Virus record (IMG/VR): IMGVR_UViG_3300018089_000001
Location: 121,487-185,486 of that record
Origin: a virus
Taxonomy: Duplodnaviria > Caudoviricetes
DNA: 64,000 nucleotides
Strand: one strand, 5' to 3'
Positions 20,299 to 30,395 of this stretch are shown piece by piece. Numbering within the stretch: position 1 is the stretch's first letter; every line of letters begins with the position of its first letter. Position numbers and translations under genes: made by a program. Below the pieces are notes generated by a model. That model made no database searches, was not told the DNA's origin, and saw nothing but the letters and a program-made list of their open reading frames with translations.

Positions 20299-21352
20299 CT
20301 TTTAGCCATTCTACCACATCACGCCAGCGGGCCTTCACGGAGAGGTCGTCCAAGGCACGGCGGTGGCCCTGTTCAGCGATCTTTTCCCTATGAACGGGGC
20401 CGCTGTGCCTCGTGTCATAGGGAGAGATTCCGAGGAACCAGCGTATCTGGTTCTCCAACTGGTTCTCAGAACTGAAGTATGCGCAGTGAACGAGGCCCTG
20501 AAAGTCCTCACGCATGCCCGGATCGTCGATCTCCTGCGAGAGCATGAATGAGCCGACGTAGGGGATCTCGTAGGCCCGCATCGTCTTGCCACGGTCGGCT
20601 GCACCACGGAGGTTCAGGGCGATCCGCGACCTCTGGATGACGTCGAAGTACTGGGCCTTCGGGACGAAGTTCCCGAACGAGTCCGGCTCAGTCTCGAGAA
20701 CCAGATGCAGGCGTAGATCCGGGAAGGCGCGTCGAATGAACTCGACGTACCGCTGCCTGTCCGGATGGCTGTTGTACCCGATGAAGGACACGTCGATGTC
20801 CTTCGCGGGGGGCTCCGCGGGCCTCGTCCAGTAGTGATCGAAATTGCACGACCACCCGATCCGGCGGGCCTTGAAGGGTAGGGTCGCGTAGCCGGGATAC
20901 CAGTTGTCGAGCAGCATCGCCTGCAGCCTGTCCCCGTACAGGGAGGCCACGAACTCCGGGGAGTGGTTCCAGAAGCGGTCGTGGCCCGCCACGACGACGA
21001 CGCGGGCGTCCGTCGTATGGAGGCCGAGTATCCGGTACCTCTGGAAGCTCTCCATCCGCTCGTCGAGCCAGATGCGGGTGATGGGAGCGACATCGATCGG
21101 GCGCACCCTCTTTCCACCGACCGTCAGGCCGCGATCGTCGGGGATCGACCGCACGAAGCCGAGGGTCCTCCGTTCGAGGCCCCAGTCGGGTTGCCTCGTC
21201 CCGTTCAGGACGTCCCACCACTCCCGGTGCTTCTCCTTGTACGGCACGTCGACCAGGTTGACGCCGTTGGCGAGCAGCCCAGCGCGGCACAGGTCGAGTG
21301 ACCAGTCTCCCCCGTCACGCAGGTCGATCAGGAACTCCAACCCGTCAGGCAT
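20291..21352 (-). CDS. glycosyltransferase (CgeB-like)
   Basis: DIDVSFIG, RSRIALN, RAYEIP. Confidence 0.75.
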   Translation of the reverse strand: MPDGLEFLIDLRDGGDWSLDLCRAGLLANGVNLVDVPYKEKHREWWDVLNGTRQPDWGLERRTLGFVRSIPDDRGLTVGGKRVRPIDVAPITRIWLDERMESFQRYRILGLHTTDARVVVVAGHDRFWNHSPEFVASLYGDRLQAMLLDNWYPGYATLPFKARRIGWSCNFDHYWTRPAEPPAKDIDVSFIGYNSHPDRQRYVEFIRRAFPDLRLHLVLETEPDSFGNFVPKAQYFDVIQRSRIALNLRGAADRGKTMRAYEIPYVGSFMLSQEIDDPGMREDFQGLVHCAYFSSENQLENQIRWFLGISPYDTRHSGPVHREKIAEQGHRRALDDLSVKARWRDVVEWLKDA

Positions 21353-22019
21353 CGAAGTCCTCGAAGTACCGCGACGGGATCTGGGACAGGAACGTCCGCA
21401 TGTGGTGTAGGCCGATGTTCGTCTCCCACGTCCAGTGGAGGGTCAGGACGACGTCGTGGCCCCGGTCGCTCTTCTCCATCATCCGGAGGTGCGACTCGCG
21501 CGTGAGCAGCTCGTCGCAGCGGCCGTACTCGTGCGGGGCGACGCTGTGGACACACATGCCGCCGAAGAAGTCCCGGACGTCCGTGTCCGTCTCCGGGCCC
21601 GAGGTGAACCACCGGAAGCCGACCTCGTCGAGAAGACTCGCGGTCCGCCAGTCGATGACGTTCCGCGGGGGCATGTAGATCCTGACGGGCCTGTTGACCA
21701 CGGCCTCCAGAGCGAGGCGATGGTCCTCGAGCTGGCCGGCGACCTGCCTCGTCGAGAGGTACGGCTCGAACTGGTTCCCGCCGCTCCTGTCCAGCCGCGC
21801 CTCGTCGTGGTCCGTGCCGTGCATGCCGATGACACAGTCAGTCTCCCTCTGCAGGGCCAGCAGGTCCTCCGCCGTGCACCTTCCGGGGATGACCCCAAGG
21901 AGATACCTCTTCCCGCCGATGAGCGCGCTCAGCTCACGGTGGAACTCACGGAAGGCCGCCAGCGTGTGCTGCGGCTCCCCCCTCGTCTGGGGAAAGTCGT
22001 CCACTCGTACTCTGATCAT
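21345..22019 (-). CDS. polysaccharide deacetylase-like (DUF2334)
   Basis: RVDD, GVIP, MHGTDH, YMPPRN, TLHW. Confidence 0.7.
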   Translation of the reverse strand: MIRVRVDDFPQTRGEPQHTLAAFREFHRELSALIGGKRYLLGVIPGRCTAEDLLALQRETDCVIGMHGTDHDEARLDRSGGNQFEPYLSTRQVAGQLEDHRLALEAVVNRPVRIYMPPRNVIDWRTASLLDEVGFRWFTSGPETDTDVRDFFGGMCVHSVAPHEYGRCDELLTRESHLRMMEKSDRGHDVVLTLHWTWETNIGLHHMRTFLSQIPSRYFEDFDA

Positions 22020-22632
22020 GCGGTTTCCTCAGGATGATCTCGATGGCGTACTCCCCCACGGGATGCACGTCCTCGGGAAGGGTGTAGTCGTAGCCGGCGT
22101 CGATGACCCGGAAGTCCATCACGTCGACGTTCCCCAGGGCGTTGGCGCACTCGCCGACCAACGAGAGCGTGTGGGGATCCTCGTACCTGTCGGGCAGCCA
22201 GAAGCTGAGGTGCCCGCCGCCTCCCTCGCGGTCATGGGGGTTCCAGCGACTGGGATGGGTCCTCCTCTTCTCGTAGAGGTCCCGATGGGGGACCGCGACG
22301 ATGAGGTTGCCGCCGGGCTGGAGCACCCTCCACCAGTTGCGAAGAGCCGCCCGAGGATCGGGGAGGTGTTCGAGGATGTGGGAGGCGTAGACGGTGGCGA
22401 AGGAGCCGTCGGGGATTCCCGCAAGGGTCTGGGCGTCCCGCGGTCCCGGGCTATTCACGCAGGTCAATTGACTCTCACTCTCGACGTAGGTCCACTGGTA
22501 ATCCCAGTGGACCGTCCCCAACAGCGGAAGCGGGTCGACGCCGGATCCGATGTCCAACACCGGTAGTCGGACGAACCGCTGATACCACTGTTCCTGCATC
22601 CTTCGCGGATGCGCCTTGCTGGTCTCAGCCAT
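21946..22632 (-). CDS. SAM-dependent methyltransferase
   Basis: LDIGSG, SHILEH, WRVLQPGG. Confidence 0.8.
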   Translation of the reverse strand: MAETSKAHPRRMQEQWYQRFVRLPVLDIGSGVDPLPLLGTVHWDYQWTYVESESQLTCVNSPGPRDAQTLAGIPDGSFATVYASHILEHLPDPRAALRNWWRVLQPGGNLIVAVPHRDLYEKRRTHPSRWNPHDREGGGGHLSFWLPDRYEDPHTLSLVGECANALGNVDVMDFRVIDAGYDYTLPEDVHPVGEYAIEIILRKPHDQSTSGRLSPDEGGAAAHAGGLP

Positions 22633-23293
22633 TGAGGACCCTCTCCATCGCGGGCAGGACGACCTCCCCGTAGATCGCCTCGGGGCGCAGGTGGACGCCG
22701 TCATCGGAGACGAACCGCGCGGCGTCGGGCGGGCAGATCACATGGACCCTACTCGATCCCACGATGAGCATCTCGGGCAAGACGGCCGTCAGGAACCTCC
22801 TGAGCGTCTCCATGCGACCGAAGGCCAGGTTCCCGCAAGGGGCGTTGAAGTGCGCCGGCGTCTCCCCACCGAGGGGATAGTGGAAGCCGAAGTACACGAA
22901 GACGTTCCCCTTGACCCTTCCGGTGGCGAGCAGGTCCTCGTCTATGAACGACCGGTATCGCGTCACCAGCTCGAACGCCTTGGCCGCCATGAGCGTGTTA
23001 TCGGGACGGAAGTACCGACGGTTATGGTACCGCATGTCGACCTCTCCGAAGACGAGGCCGACGTTCTGGACGCCGCCCTTGTCATCCAGGGTCGCAAGGA
23101 CGTGCTTCCGGGCACCCCTCTCCGAGTCTTCATGCAGGAGACCCCACATGGTGGCTCCCGAGAGCTCGCTGCCGGTCGTGTCCAGGGTCACGATCCCACG
23201 CTCCTCATGGAACACGCCGGGCTCCCCGGTGTTCAGGAACGGAAAGAAGACCCGCCAGTGTGAGTCCCCGAAGACATACACCTCATGCGACAC
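22625..23293 (-). CDS. SGNH/GDSL-like hydrolase or acyltransferase
   Basis: FGDSH, FGEVDMR, DGVH. Confidence 0.6.
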   Translation of the reverse strand: MSHEVYVFGDSHWRVFFPFLNTGEPGVFHEERGIVTLDTTGSELSGATMWGLLHEDSERGARKHVLATLDDKGGVQNVGLVFGEVDMRYHNRRYFRPDNTLMAAKAFELVTRYRSFIDEDLLATGRVKGNVFVYFGFHYPLGGETPAHFNAPCGNLAFGRMETLRRFLTAVLPEMLIVGSSRVHVICPPDAARFVSDDGVHLRPEAIYGEVVLPAMERVLNG

Positions 23294-24314
23294 GCTCGAT
23301 CTCCTCGACGTAGGAGCGCCACTCAGAGCAAAATCGTTCCGATGATAGATCACGCTCAACAAGCATCCGGGAGTTCGACGAAAACCTATCATGAAGAAAT
23401 TCGTCAGCGAGACATGCGCGAACTTTCTCTAGGGTGACCCCCGGCTTCCTTTCCTTCCGATCAATGACTGTTCCTAGCCATGGAACAGACCAAAGATAGC
23501 CCACGTCGTATCCAACAACTGGAACTCCGCAAGCCAATCCCTCAGCCACAAACATGCTGTTGCCCTCAAATGCTGAGGGATGGACAATGAGGTTCGCCTG
23601 GGATAGGACTTCCGGTTTCGTCCAGAGTCGATCGGAGAAAAGTTGGAACATCCCATAGGCTTCGTCGAGGCTCAGCACGTCGGCGTCGAGTTCCCTCTGG
23701 AGGAGCTCAATGTGGTCCCACCCCTTGTTCAGGTTCGATCGGTCGTTGACCCCATGGAGGATGAGCGGGCGGTGTAGATACGAACACACATACTCACGCG
23801 GTCGATAGAGCGTCGTGTCCACGCCGTTGTTGATCACGCGATTGACCGCGAAGCCCCACTGCAGACGCATCTGCTCGGCGATGAAGTCTGAGACTGCCGT
23901 GATCCGCTTCCCGAGTTTAGTCCACCGCCGCCTGAACGACACCTGGGCCGCGTGGTGCAACGGCATGTCGGGTTCCCTACCCGCCAGGACGTCCTCATGA
24001 GTCAAATGCGACCAGATGCCGTGGCTGTGACTGATCGCGAACGGGAGGGCGTCGAGGCCGTCGGCCCAGAACCCGTCGGCCACGACCACGTCGTCCAGGC
24101 GGACCTTCCGCGACGCGAGCAGGTACTGGTTCAGGACCCGCGCCTTCTGCCATTCGGACAGCAGGGCGTCCGAGCCCGCGTCGTGTGGGCAGTCGTCCCA
24201 GCAGAAGTGCCGGCACTCGCGCTCGGGAAACGAGGCATGGAGGTCCCGATTGAACTTCGGGACCCCGCCGCCGGCGTCGAGACCGGTGTATGAGACCGTG
24301 ACGAGGCGACGCAT
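23283..24314 (-). CDS. glycosyltransferase GT4
   Basis: AVSD, NNGVD, PSAFEGNSMFVAEGLACGVPVV. Confidence 0.85.
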   Translation of the reverse strand: MRRLVTVSYTGLDAGGGVPKFNRDLHASFPERECRHFCWDDCPHDAGSDALLSEWQKARVLNQYLLASRKVRLDDVVVADGFWADGLDALPFAISHSHGIWSHLTHEDVLAGREPDMPLHHAAQVSFRRRWTKLGKRITAVSDFIAEQMRLQWGFAVNRVINNGVDTTLYRPREYVCSYLHRPLILHGVNDRSNLNKGWDHIELLQRELDADVLSLDEAYGMFQLFSDRLWTKPEVLSQANLIVHPSAFEGNSMFVAEGLACGVPVVGYDVGYLWSVPWLGTVIDRKERKPGVTLEKVRACLADEFLHDRFSSNSRMLVERDLSSERFCSEWRSYVEEIERVA

Positions 24315-24736
24315 CAGAAGGAGCCGCTGAGGACGGTGACCCGTCCGACGTCCTCGAGCGACCCGCTCCAGTTGAGCGGCACCTTCACGAGGTGAACCTC
24401 ATCGGTGAGACCCCGCCCAACATACACCGGGAAGTTACACACGTATAGACGGCCGATGTATGCGCCACGCGCATGCACCTGCTCCGAGGTCACCGTCACG
24501 GGCTTGAAGAGCGCCGAAGACTGGAGGACGCTTCCCACGTTTTCAGAGGTGACGATGCGGTACTGGTCATCAAACTCGACGCCGCTGTCAGACACGGCCT
24601 GGGCCATGTCGCTCACGGTGAGCGCCAATGTCTGGAACCAATCGCGCGCCGTGCCTGCGAATGTCCCTGAGACGGGTGTGCCCGTCGTCTCATCGACAAA
24701 ACTGCCCGGGACGCGACACCAGAAATACTCAACCAT
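24314..24736 (-). CDS. hypothetical protein
   Basis: Coupled ORF (MVEYFWCRVP...). Confidence 0.55.
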   Translation of the reverse strand: MVEYFWCRVPGSFVDETTGTPVSGTFAGTARDWFQTLALTVSDMAQAVSDSGVEFDDQYRIVTSENVGSVLQSSALFKPVTVTSEQVHARGAYIGRLYVCNFPVYVGRGLTDEVHLVKVPLNWSGSLEDVGRVTVLSGSF

Positions 24737-25541
24737 TGCGGATCCTCTCCTTGTCGGCCTCGCTCTCCGGCAGCTCACGCTTGAGCCACGTACTCCGATC
24801 GTAGCCTGCGTGTTGGACAAGACCGGGGACGACCAGGCAGGTGCGACCGGTCCGACAGACGGAGTTCTCGTGGTTCCTAATGAGCCACCAGTCGACCCCG
24901 CTGCCAATCCCGTCGTTCGGCTTCGCGCGGACCCGACCGGTCTCCGGATCGAGACGGGGGATCGGCATCATGCTCTCCCAGTACTGACGGGTCCCCAGCA
25001 TCTGGGCGGCCCTGATCCAGTCCTTGAGGAGCATGCCACCCGTCAGGTTGTACTTGATCGGATGCTCCACGCACTCCAGACCGGTGGCGAAGCCGACGTT
25101 GTAGAGCCTCTCGTAGGCCCTGAAGCGGGAGGCGAGCAGCGGCAGCCAGTTCGGGGTGTATAGGAGGTCGTCCTGACACATCACGACATACGGCGCCACC
25201 CTCTCGGGGTCTCCGTGGGTGGGATGGGCGTACCAGTCGTTCACTGACTTGATGTGCGCGATCGCCCGGTTGATGGTCGGACCGAGGCCCTCGTTCTCGT
25301 TGGACCGCAGGATGTAGTCGGCGTTCATCTGCAGTTGCCGCAGGTACTTCGTCTGGACGGACATCTGATAGGCGGACATGTCCTCCGGAGAGACCCCCTC
25401 CGTGTGTCCGTCGAAGCATAGCGTCAGGCGAAACTGGCTCCTCTCCGTGTTCTTTAGAAGGGAAGCCAGAGACGACACGGTGAGCGGGATACGCTCAGCG
25501 GTCGGTTTGATCGTGACGAAGATGTCAGCTATCAGCGCCAT
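24729..25541 (-). CDS. glycosyltransferase GT2-like
   Basis: FDG, NEGLGPTIN, QDD motif, VQHAG. Confidence 0.7.
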   Translation of the reverse strand: MALIADIFVTIKPTAERIPLTVSSLASLLKNTERSQFRLTLCFDGHTEGVSPEDMSAYQMSVQTKYLRQLQMNADYILRSNENEGLGPTINRAIAHIKSVNDWYAHPTHGDPERVAPYVVMCQDDLLYTPNWLPLLASRFRAYERLYNVGFATGLECVEHPIKYNLTGGMLLKDWIRAAQMLGTRQYWESMMPIPRLDPETGRVRAKPNDGIGSGVDWWLIRNHENSVCRTGRTCLVVPGLVQHAGYDRSTWLKRELPESEADKERIRNG

Positions 25542-25860
25542 CGGTGGGTCCTTGCTTACTCGGATCACCCGGGATGTAATCGCAGATGTACCCGACCTTC
25601 TGGGCCCTCATCATCGTCTCATAGAGGTTGGGCTTCCCGATTCCAGCGATCTCCTGCATCCGGCGATATCCCCTCTTGACTCGCCAGCGGTAGTACAGAT
25701 ACCACGCCGCGAACCGGAAGGCCCTCTTCGCGTAGTGCTTGGCCCTTCGGACAGCGCGGCTGAACCGCGAGTTCCCCGGCCTCCGGGGCTTGAGGGGTCC
25801 GTAGCTCATCTGGACCGCGAGCATCTCGAGCGGCCGATCGTCCCTCACTTCCCAGCCCAT
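25525..25860 (-). CDS. hypothetical protein
   Basis: Coupled ORF (MGWEVRDD...). Confidence 0.45.
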   Translation of the reverse strand: MGWEVRDDRPLEMLAVQMSYGPLKPRRPGNSRFSRAVRRAKHYAKRAFRFAAWYLYYRWRVKRGYRRMQEIAGIGKPNLYETMMRAQKVGYICDYIPGDPSKQGPTDGADS

Positions 25861-28800
25861 CAGACCCATCCCTTCATCGAGGCCGGCGCCTCGATCTCCA
25901 GTTCGAACGTCGCGGCGGGCCCGTGCTCCCCGCCTCTCTTCCTGAGTTCCTCGGCCTTCCGCGCGACGTCGTCGTCGGTCGTCACGTCCGGAAACCTCGG
26001 CTCCGGTGGGGTCTGATACAACACAGACCACTGCTTGTCCCAGAAATCCCGGAAGTTCCGGACCTTCCGCGGGAGGTCGGCCCAGCTGTAGTGCCAGACT
26101 GACGGCAGCGAGGCGAACAGGGCGTTCATCTGCCGCCCGTATTCCGCCGGGTCCCGCTGGCGCAGCCCGTCGAGCTCCTTGGTATAGAACCCGCGGTGCT
26201 TGACATGGTCACCGGTGACCATGTCGATCAGTTCGCACCCGTCGGACATGCCGCGCTTGGCATAGATCCTGCCGGTCTTCGGATCGATGACCCGCGCCTG
26301 CGCGTTGATCCCGTGGGTGATGCGCAGGTTATTCCGACTGAGCCGCCACTTCCAGGAGTGGCGGTCGGTGCGGACATGCCTATCGTCCCCCCAGAGCTCG
26401 ACCACTGGGAGATGCACGACGTCGACGTCGGCGGGGAACCTCTTGCAGAGCTCGCGAATCTTCCCGTAGTCCCGCTCGTGGACCACCTCGTCCGCGTCCT
26501 GCTGCCAGAGGAACTCCGTCTCGGGGGAGACCATGGCCCGGCCGAAGGCCTTCTGCATGCCGTCCATGCCGGGCTCCTCGGGGTCCCACTCACGCGTGAT
26601 GAGCTTCAGCTTCCCGACGGCCAGGGGATGCAGCATCGCCAATTCCTGGACTTTCTCCCGGCTGCCGTCCGTCGACCCACCGTCCACGACGATCACCTCG
26701 TCGCAGAAGCCGAGCATACTGACGATGCTCTGGACATACGGATAGCCGTGCGTCAGCGGATTGAGGATGTGGGTGTAACCCGCGATCCGCGGCCTGTACG
26801 GCTTGAACCTGACCTCCTGACCGGGCCTGAGGCAGTCCATCGCCTCGAGGAAGACCCGCTCGACCGGGATGCCGTTGATGCACGGGTCATCGGTGTCGAC
26901 GGCGCAGGTGTCCTTGTAGCAGGCCCGCTCGCAGCCCTTCCGGTCAGTCGTCTCGATGAGACGCAGGCGCCGCGAGGCGTCATACACGAGGGTCCCGCAC
27001 GCGATGCCCTCACGCTCCATCTCCGCGAGCTGGAAGTCCTTCGGACCGGTGCTCCGGGGGTATGAGCTGCCAAAGATCGCGATGACCTTGCAGCCGACCG
27101 CGTTCGCCACGTGCATCGGGTAGGAGTCGATGCAGGCGATCGCGCCGACGTCGTCCAGGACGGAGACCAGCTCGATGTGGGACCGGCCCCTCGCGTCGAA
27201 ATCCACGGGACCCACGGGGACGTCGTCGGAGGCCCCGACCTGGACCACCTTGATCCCATTGTCCCGCAGGTTGCGCACTAGCTCAGACCAACCGGCCCAC
27301 CGGCGGGCCGTCTTCTGGCCACCGGCGTGGACCGCGATCCAGGCGCCCACGTTCAGTCCCGGAAACTGTACCCGGGAGAGCTCGCTTCCCCTGGGAAAGA
27401 CGGGCGGCTGGGCCTCGACGCCGCAGTGGTTCGCGAACTCGTCGATGAGGTTCCTGCCCCGTCCGCGGTGGACCCAGTTCGACCAGGCCATCTGGACCGC
27501 CAGGTTCGGGGTGTAGACCTCGTCGAAGATGTCCTCGAGGATCGAGACGTCCTGCATCCAGGGCTGCCACTCGAGCAGCTCATCCACCAACAGGGAGCCG
27601 TCCCCGAGTCGAAGGTCCCTCACGATGTCGAAGTACCTGGGGGAGGTGGCGAAGTAGACCCGATGTCCCGGGTGCTTGTCCCTCAGGGCCCGCACGACGC
27701 CAGTGCTGAGGAAGATGTCCCCGGCTGACATCGGCATGGTGTAGACGAGCGCGGGACCCTTCTCCCGGACCCTGCGCCTGTTCTCGCGGACGAAGTCCCT
27801 CCGGGACTTCGGGGACGCCTGGGCCAGCTGGTCGACGCCCCGCGCCAGCAGGTCGCAGAAGGCCGCTCCGGCGGAGGCAAGCGAGTACCGCTGGGCGATG
27901 TGCTGGGCCAGTTCGGCGGCCCACTGGCGCGGGGTGTCTGAGTTCAGGGCCATCTTCTGGAGCTTGACGCAGACGTCGGTCTCCCTGGGCACGGCCCAGT
28001 TCGTCCCGGCCTCCATCACTCCCTCCCAGGCGCACTCCTGGGGGATGGGCTGCATGTCACACTCGAAGGGGACGAAGAGGCGCTTCCCGTCCTTGTGCAG
28101 GAAGTCGAGGTGCCCGGACCAGTTGGTGGCCATGACGGGCAGGCCGCACGCGGCCGCCTCGATCATTGGCAGGCCGAAGCCCTCGCCGTGGGTCAGGCTG
28201 ACGGCGGCGACCACGCGCGGGTCGTTATACAGCGCGGCCATCTCCGCCTCGGAGAGCCTGCCGTGGATGACCCGGATCGTCGGGAACTCCCCGCAGCCGG
28301 TCGAGGCCTTGATCTCCGCCACCCGCCGCTTGACGAGCTCGAAGTCCACCGTGGAGTAGTTCACGATGGAGGTCTTCAGGACCAGGCCGACGGACCTGCT
28401 CCCGGCGAAGGTCTTGCAGAAGTACTCGACCAGCCGCGTGACGTTCTTCCGGTCCTTGCCGTGTGGCTTGTCGAGGCCCAGGCCGACGAAGACGAAGCTC
28501 CGCTGCGGGAGGTCGTACTCGGTCAGCGTCGCCTCGGCCGGACGGTACACCGAGGTGTCGACGCCCTCCGGGATGACCATGATCGGCTTCTCGAGGTGGA
28601 GCTTCGACCCGTCGGACCCCTGGTACTCGACCATGAACGACGTGCGGGAGTGCTCCGAGGGGACGACGACGACGTCGACCTCCTGGTTGCACTTCATGAT
28701 CCACTGCGGCGAGACCCGGTCGACCTCGATCCCCGCGGTGACCCCGATCGTCAGCGGGGCCCGTCGCTTGAACTCGTTCGGAATCGTGACCTGCACGGCG

Positions 28801-29012
28801 ACCTCGGGGTCGGCGTGGGTGCCCTGCAGAGCCATGATCCAGACGAACTCCGTCCCATTCAAGATCGGCGTGTCCCCCCATTTGATCGACTCGACGCGTA
28901 CGTCGTACAGTCCGGTGTCGACGACGGACCTGAGCAGCTGACGGGCATGGACGCCGTAGCCGGAAGCAGTCAGAACGGGACCGGTGAACTGGAGCCTCGT
29001 CTTCGCCATCAT
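25860..29012 (-). CDS. multidomain glycosyltransferase GT4-GT9-GT2 fusion
   Basis: SGYG..GEGFGLPMIEAAACG (GT4); SAGD..IDSYPMHVA (GT9); VVDGGSTDGS..QDADE (GT2). Confidence 0.85.
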   Translation of the reverse strand: MMAKTRLQFTGPVLTASGYGVHARQLLRSVVDTGLYDVRVESIKWGDTPILNGTEFVWIMALQGTHADPEVAVQVTIPNEFKRRAPLTIGVTAGIEVDRVSPQWIMKCNQEVDVVVVPSEHSRTSFMVEYQGSDGSKLHLEKPIMVIPEGVDTSVYRPAEATLTEYDLPQRSFVFVGLGLDKPHGKDRKNVTRLVEYFCKTFAGSRSVGLVLKTSIVNYSTVDFELVKRRVAEIKASTGCGEFPTIRVIHGRLSEAEMAALYNDPRVVAAVSLTHGEGFGLPMIEAAACGLPVMATNWSGHLDFLHKDGKRLFVPFECDMQPIPQECAWEGVMEAGTNWAVPRETDVCVKLQKMALNSDTPRQWAAELAQHIAQRYSLASAGAAFCDLLARGVDQLAQASPKSRRDFVRENRRRVREKGPALVYTMPMSAGDIFLSTGVVRALRDKHPGHRVYFATSPRYFDIVRDLRLGDGSLLVDELLEWQPWMQDVSILEDIFDEVYTPNLAVQMAWSNWVHRGRGRNLIDEFANHCGVEAQPPVFPRGSELSRVQFPGLNVGAWIAVHAGGQKTARRWAGWSELVRNLRDNGIKVVQVGASDDVPVGPVDFDARGRSHIELVSVLDDVGAIACIDSYPMHVANAVGCKVIAIFGSSYPRSTGPKDFQLAEMEREGIACGTLVYDASRRLRLIETTDRKGCERACYKDTCAVDTDDPCINGIPVERVFLEAMDCLRPGQEVRFKPYRPRIAGYTHILNPLTHGYPYVQSIVSMLGFCDEVIVVDGGSTDGSREKVQELAMLHPLAVGKLKLITREWDPEEPGMDGMQKAFGRAMVSPETEFLWQQDADEVVHERDYGKIRELCKRFPADVDVVHLPVVELWGDDRHVRTDRHSWKWRLSRNNLRITHGINAQARVIDPKTGRIYAKRGMSDGCELIDMVTGDHVKHRGFYTKELDGLRQRDPAEYGRQMNALFASLPSVWHYSWADLPRKVRNFRDFWDKQWSVLYQTPPEPRFPDVTTDDDVARKAEELRKRGGEHGPAATFELEIEAPASMKGWV

Positions 29013-30073
29013 CCCCTCGCGATGATCAGGCCGGAGCTGCCGGCCCCCATCTTCCGCTCGTATGCGTCCAGGACCTCGAGGCCCTGGAACAGATCGATCA
29101 TCGGCTCCCAGCCGAGGACGTCCCGGGCCTTGGTGACGTCGGCGAGCGTCACGTTCGCTTCACCGGGCCTGGGTGGGACGTACTCGACGTTGACCGCGCT
29201 ACTGATCATCGCGTTCGCAAAGTGCCGCGCCTCGATGATCGAGGCCAGCTCCGCGATGCTGTAGTTGCGGCCCGCCCCGATGTTGAAGACCCCCGTGGCC
29301 TCGTGGTTCATCATGGCGAGCATGTTCGCCCGCACGACGTCCCCCACGAACGTGAAGTCCCGCCGCTGCGTGCCGTCACCGACGATCGTCATCCTCTGCC
29401 CGAGCCTGAGCTGGCGGCGGAAGATCGCGATGACAGTGGCGTACCGGCCCTCCTCCTGATGACGGGGTCCGTAGACGTTGAAGTACCGGAGGCTGACGGT
29501 GGAGATCCCGTACAGCCGGTGGTATACGTCCATGACGTCCTCGCCCGCCTTCTTGCTCACGCTGTACGGGTTGAGGCAGTCAGTGGGAAGGTCCTCGTGT
29601 AGACCCTTCACGTGGGGACCCGGCTTGGGCCCATCAGGAGAATCAACGCACCAATGATGCCCATCGTAGTTTGGGTCAAAAACCCAATCATTCCTTCGAC
29701 CGTACGCCGACGAGCTCGCGGAGTAGACGATCCGGGCCACGCCCATCTGCCGGGCCGCCTCGGCCACGTTCACCGTGCCAACGACGTTGGTCTCGACGGA
29801 GTGCCGCGGGTCGGCGATGCCCGTCTGGATGCGGGAGTCGGCGGCGAGGTGGAACACGCACGATGCGTGGTCGCACGCCCGCCTGACCAGGTCGAAGTCC
29901 AGGATCGAGCCCCGGATGACCTGCAGCTTGGGATGCCGCCGCCACCGCTCGAGGTTGGCGTCCCGACCCTCGGAGAAGTCGTCCAGGACCCGGACCTCCA
30001 TCCCCTGCGTGAGGAGCTCGTCAACGAGGTTCGAGCCGATGAAGCCGGCCCCGCCCGTCACGAGGACCGGCAT
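29009..30073 (-). CDS. NAD-dependent epimerase/dehydratase (GalE/WbpP-like)
   Basis: TGGAGFIGS, YSVSK, RYFNVYGP, RDFTFV. Confidence 0.9.
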   Translation of the reverse strand: MPVLVTGGAGFIGSNLVDELLTQGMEVRVLDDFSEGRDANLERWRRHPKLQVIRGSILDFDLVRRACDHASCVFHLAADSRIQTGIADPRHSVETNVVGTVNVAEAARQMGVARIVYSASSSAYGRRNDWVFDPNYDGHHWCVDSPDGPKPGPHVKGLHEDLPTDCLNPYSVSKKAGEDVMDVYHRLYGISTVSLRYFNVYGPRHQEEGRYATVIAIFRRQLRLGQRMTIVGDGTQRRDFTFVGDVVRANMLAMMNHEATGVFNIGAGRNYSIAELASIIEARHFANAMISSAVNVEYVPPRPGEANVTLADVTKARDVLGWEPMIDLFQGLEVLDAYERKMGAGSSGLIIARG

Positions 30074-30387
30074 CAGAACTCTCCCTTGAACGAGGGGGGC
30101 TCGGTAGCCTCGGCCTTCTGGACCACGGTCCCGAGGAAGTTCTTGATCAGGCAGGTCTGGATCGTCTGGTTACCGATCCTGTGGGACGTCACTCCGATCA
30201 TGTCACAAAGGACGACGTCCCCCGCCTTGAACCCGTCGGCCTCAGGAGCGTTCTCGTCGAGTGCGACGATGCTCGCCAGGCGGTACTGGTTCGTAACGTT
30301 GCCGGGAACGTACAGGCTCCCGACCTTGTCCGCCTCGTCGATCGTCTTGATCCAGGCGTACCTGTTGCGTGGCTTCAGTTCGAACAT
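30073..30387 (-). CDS. groES: co-chaperonin GroES-like
   Basis: LKP..GSLYVP..IVAL..FKAGDVVL; ~100 aa. Confidence 0.7.
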   Translation of the reverse strand: MFELKPRNRYAWIKTIDEADKVGSLYVPGNVTNQYRLASIVALDENAPEADGFKAGDVVLCDMIGVTSHRIGNQTIQTCLIKNFLGTVVQKAEATEPPSFKGEF

Positions 30388-30395
30388 GGTCTCCT

